NCBI RefSeq assembly: GCF_001949145.1
Contig: NW_019091355.1
Span: forward strand, 1,613,024 to 1,633,023
DNA length: 20,000 nucleotides
Origin: Acanthaster planci
Taxonomy: Eukaryota
Direction of reading: 5' to 3'
Of this stretch, positions 9,928-20,000 are shown one piece after another (position 1 is the first letter of the stretch; each line of letters opens with the position of its first letter). The notes beneath the pieces were generated by a model, which searched no databases, was not told the DNA's origin, and worked only from the letters and a program-made list of their open reading frames with translations. The translations under genes and the position numbers were made by a program.

Positions 9928-10214
9928 GCAAACATGTACATGTACGTACTTATCAGTATTCTACATACATGTACATGTAGGAACAAAATGTACACTGTTG
10001 ATATCTGTATCAGCACCAATACTATTTTATTTACATGTACATGTACTTGTACACGTACATGTACGCATATACACCACAAATGCTTTCACTCTCTATAACA
10101 TAAAGCAACATGTTTAACAAGATAGAGGTAGTTTCCAAGTGATCTGTGGCTCTTCCTTCCATTGCAATCATGCCCTGCTCGAAAACATCTGCACCTAAAA
10201 TGGAATATTGACAA

Positions 10215-10277
10215 CCTTCACCCTAACCCTCCTCAATCCTTCACCTGTTGGAGGACTGAGGAGTGTTAGGGTTAAGG
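10215..10277. mobile_element. 63-bp hairpin element, piggyBac-like termini (TTcACCC...GGGTTAA)
   Basis: 29-bp arms ccttcaccctaaccctcctcaatccttca / tggaggactgaggagtgttagggttaagg with 4 mismatches and a 5-nt loop. Confidence 0.6.
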
Positions 10278-13017
10278 ATATATGTACAAGTAAAAAAAAT
10301 GTAATTTAACAGTTGGCAAAGTACATGTACTCTATACAATTAAAAGGAAATCTTCTTCAGCCAGTTGCAATTGATATTTATTACACAGTAGTACCATGAG
10401 AAATATCATTATCAAAAACTGTTCTTTTTTCTTCATGTTATTCTTTTACATGAACTGTAGGCCTGATAGCCGTCTGGATTACTGCTACATGTACTGAAAC
10501 AACCGAGAGGCAGACTGCACCTATCCACGGCCTCAGCTATGAAACCCACTGGCTAATGTTCATCAAAAAATGTCACCCTATCTCAAGGACCATGCAAGAG
10601 TATACATGTACGGTGTACATGTACATTGTCGGATGAACTCGGAACTTAGAGAAGGATTTGCCTAGGTATAGGCACATTAATGCAAGCTGATACCTCGATA
10701 CCTCAGGGACACAAATGTGTATGGACAGACTAGCAAATTGCATTACATGTATTCTTCATAAAATAGCTGGGGACATTTCAAAGAAAGGTTCAAGTACATG
10801 TACATGGACATGGGTGTGTGATGCCCATTATTTCAATGAGCAACTGACATATTTAAGCAATACGATGTGCCACATAGCACCGTACATCTGTGCGGCATGT
10901 ACAATGTACACATATTTTTAAGTGTTTGAAGACAAAAGTACTGGTATTTACAATATGATTCCCTCCCTTCTTACATACATCAACACCAAAAAAAGTCACA
11001 TGGAACAGGCCCGTAATATATCCGAGTTCTGTGACGGGGAATTGAAGTACAGGCCCATTATTTTGAGAGCTGCGTCACAAGAAGTGCGGTACATGGACAG
11101 CAGGTACCATATTCACACACAGACTGTGATCCATACAAGCCCACGAGTGCACGATACCTACATGTATGCATCTTGTATCTCAGCAATAAATTAGGGTTCG
11201 ATTTGATTTTTCAAAACAATTTTCTAAACAATATTTTCATCTGAAAATAATTAACCTGAGGAAAATGTTCACCCATATTTTACACATGTGCACTGGTACA
11301 TTAAATTTACAAATGCCCTTGCATAAGATATACATGTACAATGAAATTTATATGAAACTTTCAAAGAATGCTAAATTACATGTATATGTACAGTAGTTGA
11401 CATGCACCAGTATTTGTCCTGGGGGGGGCTGAGCACAATCGAAAAGCCAAAATGCTTCATGTGTTTGTAATCGACTTTGTGGATGTATGACAGGTGTACT
11501 ATGAGAAGGATATGAAGAACCACCCCATGCAGGCCTCATCACATGCATCACCTGACTTCATGTGAATGTTTGTCTGGAAGAACAGAAAGACCTTTGCATG
11601 AATTGTACACTTAGGATTTGCCACCTCCCCCCAGGGCCATTCAGGTATGTAACAGTGACTGGATAGGGGAATTCTTGTATTCATCCCTTAGCAATAATGA
11701 AACCCATTAGCAAGTCATCTGGAACCGAGTTGAGATGAATTTCAAAGACTTCTCAACAAAAATATCCAGGATCGTAAATGTATGCACATGAGGTACATGT
11801 ACATTGTAAGTGAGGCATAAAGTAATACCATAAAATTGTCATTGCGAAGATGTGCCCTGAAACAAGAACTTCAGAAGTAAAAATCTTAATTTGCTGCAAT
11901 AATTTTGTCACTGACTCAAATGTTTAAAAATATGGGGGTTACTGAAATTTGATTCCTGTATATATACAGGCTACAATATAAACACTAAGCTAATTTCTAA
12001 CACTCCAGATCCTTCAAAATCTGTCAGATTTGTGGGATTTTGTAGGATTTGCAGGAACCTGTGAGGGCAATCAATAATCACACAGTGAAAAGCCTTAAAG
12101 AGAGACGAGGTCAGCATACATCCTGCGCTGTTTTCTCTGTACACACTTGTATACATTTGCATAGAGCCTAGCCAGTCAATGCAAGACACAAATGGTACTT
12201 GTAGCCTTAATTAAAGGGACATGTTAAATACACGTAACATATTGTAGATGGGCTTTTCTTTACCATATCCATTTAGCATGCAGTTAATTACATGTGCGTG
12301 TATACACATTGCAATCCATTTATTGTCTAAACGTGGAACCTGGACAAAAAATATTCACAGTTAGACTATTTTTTGTAAGGCACTCGAGGCTCGTGGCTAC
12401 TGTGTATCCACTCTCAACTACTCACGACTTGCACTTGTACATGTAATGACAGAAAGTGTTGTGCACATTCAAACAAAAATATACATCTCAATCTGAGAAA
12501 CATATCCAAGCAATCAGAAACACACCTACACAAAACCATAAATATATGTGGGAAAAAAAGCAAAATTCTATTTAAACTATGATGCACTCCACCAGCATCT
12601 GGCACATGCGATGGGTTATTACAATGTGCATGTACATCCCTTGAGGCATTCAGATTGGACGGACATGTAAATGATGCAGAATGGAAAATGGGGAAGTGCT
12701 AGGAAAATAATGTGATAAATAGTCTAGAAATCTCTATTTCTCTGTCAGATATCAGATAATAAGATGTAGCTGATTCACAAAATGAATCTGTGTCCCACTC
12801 CTAAAAACAAACATACATGATTGTATGTACACTTACACTGTACATGTATGGAAGGTCCACATGTACGGTATGTGTACATTCATCATGCGCCAGATAAGAT
12901 GAAATATTATATGCCTGAACTTCTAAGATGTACATACAATGTATGATGGCCTTCATCAGAACAAAAATTAGAAGGAAATTTACAAATCTTTTGCAGGAAT
13001 AGATTCTGTCTAGATAC

Positions 13018-13201
13018 CTTCATCATCTTCGGATGGTGACATTAACTTGGGCGTGGCACCGGGCGTGCCTGCTGTCATGTCAGCCAGTTCCCGAAGGCAC
13101 AGCCACTCCCCGTCTACTGACACTCGGAAGTTGCACAGGTAGATAGTGTCCGCCATGGCTGTCCCTCCTTCAGTGCCGGGCTGGGGTAAGTCGGCATCCA
13201 T
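13018..13201 (-). CDS. RUFY2: RUFY-family gene, proximal alternative first coding exon (1b) with RUFY3-type N-terminal motif: MDADLPQPGTEGGTAMADTIYLCNFRVSVDGEWLCLRELADM...SEDDE
   Basis: TIYLCNFRVSVDGEWLCLREL closely matches the RUFY3 N-terminus as I recall it (TIYLCKFRVSMDGEWLCLREL); donor AAG|GTATCT at 13017-13016, phase 1; a second in-frame ATG at 13156 has strong Kozak context GCCATGG. Confidence 0.88.
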
Positions 13202-15240
13202 TTTATACTCAAAGAGCTTCACAAGTTCACACCAATCGCATGTGAAGGCTATTCAATGTTACTCCGATAATTAATGCAGGTAACAAATGTGCTACAAGTG
13301 TCACCTTCGTCCTGAGGATCTAATATTAGAGTTCTCAACGGCCGATGCAGATTTCTTACTCAGTCTTTTTCCAGTCGCCTCCTGATATTTAAAGCTCCGT
13401 CAGTAAACCGTCGCCGTCTTTATCAAATCATACAATCCATAAGAGTGCTATCACATTACTCGTCTTTGAATCGACTACACAATTCCTGAATAGTCCACTT
13501 TCCAGTGAGAATGGTTTGTGTTCAGGGAGTACGTAAGCTACTTGCGAAACGAAGACAATTCTGAGCTGGGACCTTCGCTCAGAATCCAGAAGGAGGGGAT
13601 GGGTACAGGATGTCTACAGAATCTGGGGAATTTTCATCCAGGAGACCGTGATACTCCCAAATCCGGAGACGCAGACGGAGGACTTTGCTGGCAAAGTGGA
13701 TTACCGTGGCAACACTGACGACAAACACAACTAGGGTGAACAGGAGAAGTAGCCACAGCATCAAGCTCCTTTGATGTGAATCGTCGGCACGGCAGCATCA
13801 ATTATGCGCAGGCTTGGAACACTAGGGGAAATCTCCCTCTACAGGGTGTACGGTACCATGCAAAATACCAATTAGACAAACCGTTCAAGCCCAAGAATTA
13901 CAGTAAAATATTGAAGTCAATGGGCACACGCACACAATACGCATTAGAGTATGCTTGAGTTGATGACATGTACGTGTGCACAAAGTCTACCGCTCCCAAA
14001 AACACTCCACCGTACCAACAGAAATGTACCATATTGTCAATGCTCTTAAGATATTGTAAGACATGAATGCTCTGCTAGTCTTGATGCATGGATTCTATAT
14101 ACGCACGATTGCACAGCCTTTCACAAGAGCACTAATGCACCATCTGTAAGGCAATCACTAGAAAACTACTCTTGCAGAGGTACATGTAGACAATGTCCAC
14201 TTCTCATTTTCGATTTCAGAATCAGATTGCTGATGATGAGCAGTCGACAGCGGCAGTTCAGAGACTGACTGAACAGGAAATTAAGAGAGCAAAAATGAGG
14301 ACCGTCTTGCCGATGCAAGTGCAGTGGGGTGATGGGCGCTGTGCCCAGCACGGGAAATGAGAGCTCGCTGGCTAATTATATGATGCTATCCCAACGCAGC
14401 CAGTCAGGACTGTCTGTAGGCAGCCATGGGTATGCATATATGTAGGCTGCCTGATCTTAATGTGTGGCGTGATCGGCATACGTGTACACTGTACTCTGAT
14501 CTCGGCAGACTTTAAGGAGATGGGGAGGGGGGGTGGAGAGCTGTGGCATCTGTGACTTCATCTCAGACCAGACTGGGAGATGCAACTCTTGAAATGGCAT
14601 CGAGGTTGAGAGTAATTGTCTGGAAGACAGCTCGCATGCCGATTAAGGACTGTCAATTCTGATAAAGTTATCAACTTGTTTCTCTTAAAACTTGAGTGCC
14701 TGAAAAACAAAATCCCGCTTGGGTAGGTCACACTTGGGAATATAAGCTCAAAATGGAAAAAAAAGGGGAAAAATGTACAAAACATGAATATGGTAAGATG
14801 GTACGCTTAAAGGAATTCAGCGGAGTAGTTTTACCTTTAAGAAATGTGATGTACAAGTACTGTACGTGCATGAAAACCATGCTCAATTTTAAGAAATTCA
14901 AAAGCTACAACGTACATGTAAGGTTGTCCCCCAAATAAAGTACCTGTATTATGTACATGTAAATTTATGTATCAAGATATTCAGGAAGTACATGTACATG
15001 TATATAAAACAAATTTCTTGCAGCAGAATTCTGCTTGATGACAGACATACACACATGCCCAGATGAGACTGTTTCTACTGATAAAATGTTTGTGCATTCT
15101 CAGTTCCGGTATACACCGGATTTACTGCCAATGTAAACTTGTTGTGTGTTCTTATGCCTCCAAGTTTGCACCACAAAGAGTTCCATGTATTCACTACACA
15201 TACATTGTAACACAGGCTCTCAGGTCAGATCTGTATTAAT

Positions 15241-15313
15241 CTAACCCCCTAGCATGCCGAGGGGCCATTGAAATCCTGCATAACCTTGTTGGGTTCAGCA
15301 TGGTTAGGGTAAA
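15241..15313. mobile_element. Degenerate short piggyBac-like MITE remnant
   Basis: ctaaccccctagcatgccga ... tcagcatggttagggtaaa form an imperfect inverted pair resembling TTAACCC..CATGCTG / CAGCATG..GGGTTAA. Confidence 0.35.
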
Positions 15314-17859
15314 CACTAAAAATATTCAAAGTCACTTTTAAGGTACATGCACTTCTTTGAGACCTGCGTTTATCACAGAATGCCCAACCATACCCCTATA
15401 CTACAACACTTACGACCATTTTAATGGCTTTCATCAGTAGGCACAGGACTCTTTAATCAATGCCATGATGGAATCCAGAACCCATCAACCTTTGCAGGAA
15501 AATGCAAGTATTGCCTGAGCTTTATACCAGCATCATAAGTAGCATGTGAACACCAATACAAGATGTGACATGCTTGCAATGAAGCAGACTGCAGTAGGCA
15601 AGGATGCAATCATCGACAATACAAGCACTCATTACTCAGGGGAGTTTTCATTCTTTTCTTTCCTTTTCAAATGTGCATTTTATTTAAATATTATTATGCT
15701 GTTGTATTGTCACCTCCTTGTGAAATGTTTCTTGGTTTTGCATGTCGAAATTGTGAAAAAAAATTAAAATATCACATACAATACAAAATACAAAACAACA
15801 TACAAAATGTGTACATTAAAATCAACAATTCTGAAAAATACCTACAACATATCACATCAAATACAATCCTCACTAGGTTCTGGATAATTCTGCCAACCAG
15901 AATTAATCTTTCCAAACTAGACAAAAAAAAGATTCATTTTACTTATGACGGATTCCCAGTTTCAAGACAGCATGTCCAATGACCGGTACCCGTACCAGAG
16001 CAATGCCATGAGGAACATTTACAGAACATGTGTACTGCTTTACCTCCATGGATGCATTTGCCAAATAAAAAGGAAATGGAAAGTTCACAAACCCTTTGAT
16101 GCTGTTGGCTGTTTAGTAAAACAACCCCTAGCCAAGAGAGTCAATTCAAAGGGTTCATCCACAAAATGTTGTCAGGCTACCGCACACAGTGTAACTTCTT
16201 CCACAATAAATAACATGACTAACCACACATGTTCAAGATAGGTAAACTTGTGTACTGTACATACATGTATCACACACAAATGATCGGCACAGACTTCACT
16301 ACCTGAAGACAAAACTTCAAAGCACAGACAGACATCAACATGAAAAATGTACAGCAGGAACCTGGTGAGAATGTGAAACATGTACATGTATAAAATGTCA
16401 CAATTCCTGATCGTTATGTGCCACTCTGCAGCTCTGCCTGATTTGAAAATGAGGGCCAGACAAATCTCAGTGGACTGCGCCATTTATGATAGGGGGAGGG
16501 CCATCTCACTTGAAGATGGCATTGACGGATACAGTACGTATGCTCCAACATACAGAATGTCATGTATGATTTATACCACAACCAAATTGATGACTATGGC
16601 AAGTGTTTTGCTACACCTAAGCTAATGGGGATTATATGCATAAACACATTACAGAAACATTAAATACCGGTACATGATTTGCTGCTTGAGCAGCAATTAC
16701 ATGTACATGTACCGTAGTTTGCAAGATTCTGACCCAGATGGGTAAAAAACTTTTTCATTTGAAAGGATGTATTGGTCCATGTACACTTTGCGAGTGAGAT
16801 CTCACAAGTTTATGTACCGGGGGTAAGTAAGAATCTAATCCTGAGCAAATCTACTGTGTCTTGTTTTCATAACCCCTTCAAAGTGAAACCACGCTCAGTC
16901 TCAATATACAGGTATAAACACGTGCTGTTAACTTGTACAAGTACATGTACAGTATGTGAAGATCAGTGAGTTACAGGGTCCAAAATATTCCAACCTTTTC
17001 TCGAAGTGGTTTTACAACGATTCTAAAAAGACACTAGTTATCTGATTGAGGCATAGACTCTGTCTGATCTCCATGAATTCTTGATGAGAGGTGCTACTCC
17101 ATGGCACCTGCACACGTGTACATGTACATGAATAATGATAATGGTGCAGACGTCTACATTAAATATTCACCTGCATGCTGTACACACATGCATCAGAGTG
17201 GAATTAAGATGAACATGGGGGGGGAAAGATGTACATGTACCTAAAATAACTCCTGTGTGCAATTTGATAATTGAACATTACACAGACAGTTACAGTGTAC
17301 ATTAACATAAACTTCTCATTTCCTCATCAATTCTCCCTAACAAATCCTTCAAAAATATGAGGAGTGATGTTGGGTAATCAGGGAGGACTGAGTGTTAATT
17401 GAAACTCTGATTAATTTAGCAAGATAATGGGATTGATTTCACATTCTCAAGCCTCGTCTGCAACTACATGTACATGTAAACTTGATTAATTTGAAGAAAC
17501 AGCTTTGTTATTTTTATTCAATTTGGCATAACTTCTTATGCTTTTTTGTTTTTTCATTTGAGATTTTGTGGGGGTTGTAATGCACTGAGAATGCACCCAA
17601 GCCAAAATACAAATGTACATGTAACTGTAACTCAGGAACTCGTCAATTTGATCTTCGAGCCTTCATGCCTATTGAAAATCCGATTCATATAGACTCCCAC
17701 TCAAACTGGCAATTGAACTAATATAGGAAAAATGCAAGAGAGAAATTGACGGCAAAACCTTCCAGCCATGAGCTGAAACCAGTTGGCCCTTCCCTTCCTA
17801 CAAGTACATGTCATCACTGAGGCTTAAATTCACTAGGCTATTACCTTTTAAGGCACACG

Positions 17860-18103
17860 TGGGTCATTCTATAAATTAGGGGTCCAATTTTTCCGTGTTC
17901 CTATCACATCTGACATAAGATTTTGTAAATAAAGAACAAATTCTCTAATTTCCAAGAGTGACGAATTAAAGCAAATTACCTACCAAACAAATATAAATAA
18001 CTTGAATCAATTCAGTGATATTTACACGTCAAACAACAAAGGTCAAATGTAACAGGGACAGAAAATGTCACTTTTTTGGACCCTGAATTTATAGAATCAC
18101 CCA
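17860..18103. mobile_element. MITE-like element (~245 bp) with ~55-60 bp imperfect terminal inverted repeats
   Basis: Left end tgggtcattctataaattaggggtccaa...cacatctgac (17860-17914) is the imperfect reverse complement of gtcaaatgtaacagggac...ttggaccctgaatttatagaatcaccca (18042-18103); no coding capacity; no clear TSD. Confidence 0.75.
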
Positions 18104-18144
18104 TACCTGTGTCTGTGGTAAAAGATTATCATGGGAAAGTATTA

Positions 18145-18160
18145 CCAACAGAGGGCGCCA
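18145..18160 (+). promoter_or_regulatory. Candidate CTCF-binding motif
   Basis: CCAACAGAGGGCGCCA matches the CTCF core CCASYAGRKGGCRS at all but one position. Confidence 0.45.
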
Positions 18161-19330
18161 AACAGACTACACTCATCACAAAACACTGGATGACAGCTAA
18201 AAGAGCAGACAAAGGTACTGCCAGTGTCTTGATATTCTAAGAAGTTTCATGAGTAGCAGATTGCAAACTGAGAAGAGTAACTGCCATCTCCTTTAATCAG
18301 CAACACATCAGTAACTACACGTACATGTAGCAAATCTTGTCCTATAAGAGTGCAAACTTTTGCCATTCCAATGCACTTCACACAGGATGCCCTGGATCGA
18401 TGCCCTGGATCCATCAAACATGGGTGATGTATCGATCAGATTGGCACAGACTCCAAATCAACAGCAGCAGAGTAATTTTTCATGGCGGGGAGGGGGGGCT
18501 GTGAGACCATCAGGTATCAGCCATTACAAAGCTGACCCATCAAGTCTCACCCATTATAAGATTTGCAAAATGTGGGAGGGGAGAATGCCCCCCCCCCATT
18601 CCACCACCAGTGCTCCCAACGGAGTGATGTAAATACTGTTCATTTTGCTTATCTGAGGAATTGCTTGGCACTACCCTGATTACCATACGGTAGCTTTGAA
18701 TTCTTCAGAGTGGGCAATCGCGAAATTCTACATGTACATATGTACTGGTAGTTTAGTAATGTACCCTTGTTTATGAATTTTCCTTTGCATCTGTCATCAT
18801 ACAAATATTACTGTAAACCATGGACACATTCTCCATACTTGGAAAAAACTTGAGTTTCATAAGTTCCTTGGTTAGGTTTGGTTCAGGGGAGAGGGTGCGG
18901 ACACAGCCCAAACTACATTCTAAACTAAAGCTGCCAAAGTTTTGGAAGAGCCCATTGGTACATGTAGTATCTTATTGTTCAGTCCGTTTATTACATATGT
19001 CTTGACATGGAACAGCCGTCGAGACGATGAGGGGTCAAGTGACATATTGTTCAATTATCTTATTTTAAAGATGGCGACTGAGAGAGCGAGCCCATTAGAT
19101 TGAATGGATAAACGCAAAAAGACTGGAAAATACCTTAATAACGTGGGTGAAATCATTCAATAAATGGTTTTTAGAAAGCAGAAAGGTCAAGAAAGAAATT
19201 GCGCCCACGATAACTGAGTGCGCTGAAATGTTCAGTACGCCGACACGAAATTGCGCATACGGGTGTGTGGTTAAGGATGGATCGGGAGTGCGAGTCTGTG
19301 CCACACTAGTGAGGCTAAGAAAATACGTAC

Positions 19331-19529
19331 CTGCTCTTTTTGTAGTAATTCTGCCGGAGTTTTTCTTGACATCTCCGCCTCCACTTGACCCCTCTGCTTC
19401 CCTGAAGCTTACAATGGATCCTCTGGAATCTTTTGCAGTTTTGCTTTTGGATTTATATACAATTGGTTCATCCTCCAAAGGAGAATTTGATGAGGGTACG
19501 CCAGCTCTCAGCGCAGTGGTGGCCGCCAT
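19331..19529 (-). CDS. RUFY2: RUFY-family gene, candidate distal first coding exon (1a): MAATTALRAGVPSSNSPLEDEP...GRITTKRA
   Basis: ATG in AAAATGGCGGCC context; 199 nt ending at donor CAG|GTACGT (GT at 19330-19329); phase 1 matches the acceptor at 9060. Low-complexity S/G/K-rich N-terminus, so linkage is inferred from phase and position rather than homology. Confidence 0.7.
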
Positions 19530-19533
19530 TTTA
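19521..19533 (-). promoter_or_regulatory. YY1-like motif overlapping the exon 1a start codon
   Basis: Minus strand AAAATGGCGGCC fits the YY1 consensus AANATGGCGGC, common at starts of housekeeping genes. Confidence 0.45.
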
Positions 19534-20000
19534 AATGTCCTGTTGGCTTTCCATTGCTGGGCTAATGGTGGCGCTTTATTTGTTTGAAAATATTTCTCAA
19601 AATGTGGCTACATATTGTCCAAGATACTTCGTAAGCACTTTCACTTTGGTATATTCTGAATCAATGATGAGTCATTTGTTTTGTAGATAAGTATCATTTT
19701 GTGTTGTGACATAAAAAATTCATTCGATAGAAGTTTTTCTCATTTTTGTACACACTAAGGCTTGAATGGTTTAGAGGCCAGTTGATCAATGAAGCACAAA
19801 TTTAAGAAAGGCCAAAAATCAGTTTAGTCTGGTGCTTGATAGTTACCAGACTCCCAAATCTTTTTTCTAGATATGTTCAACCTATCTAATCATAAAAAAA
19901 TCAAGTGTTGAATTAGGCTCCTATAATAGGCTTATTTTCCTTTAAACGACCCTCCCTTCCCGCAATTTCGACCCGGGATTCAAACCCACACCCAATGCAT

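Noticed and set aside
13202..13250. Phase-1 AG at 13250-13249 that would make exon 1b an internal exon after 1a
   Set aside because: No polypyrimidine tract; alternative first exon is more parsimonious, though not excluded.
18386..18625. 13-bp direct repeat (gatgccctggatc x2) and G-run/C-run pair suggesting an element
   Set aside because: Too short and degenerate to define termini or TSD.
9125..19005. Numerous 60-100 aa intronic ORFs
   Set aside because: Low-complexity C/T/Y/M/H/V-rich translations driven by the TACATG motif; no domain similarity or splice support.
19147..19587. 146-aa plus-strand ORF
   Set aside because: Non-ATG start, antisense to exon 1a, no recognisable domain; likely a shadow ORF.

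Overview
Eukaryotic (animal) genomic DNA, essentially filled by one intron-rich minus-strand gene encoding a RUN- and FYVE-domain protein (RUFY1/2/3 family, full-length RUFY2-like architecture). I reconstructed 13 shared coding exons (9060 down to the stop at 1257), all GT-AG and phase-compatible, plus two candidate alternative first coding exons that both end in phase 1: a distal one (19529-19331, ~668 aa product) and a proximal one (13201-13018, ~663 aa product) carrying the conserved RUFY3-type N-terminal motif TIYLCNFRVSVDGEWLCLREL. The abundant intronic TACATGTA motif and gene style suggest amphioxus (Branchiostoma); this is inference. There are assembly gaps at 1422-1625 and 8109-8713 and a single N at 9800. 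I see no new multi-gene system. The most unusual signals are three separate local duplications that each copy an exon/intron junction (a 57-bp donor-containing minisatellite, an 87-bp acceptor duplicate, a 143-bp-offset donor duplicate), a long AG-free zone before one exon, a possible transmembrane uORF upstream of the proximal first exon, and MITE-like elements, two inverted copies of which bracket the proximal first exon.
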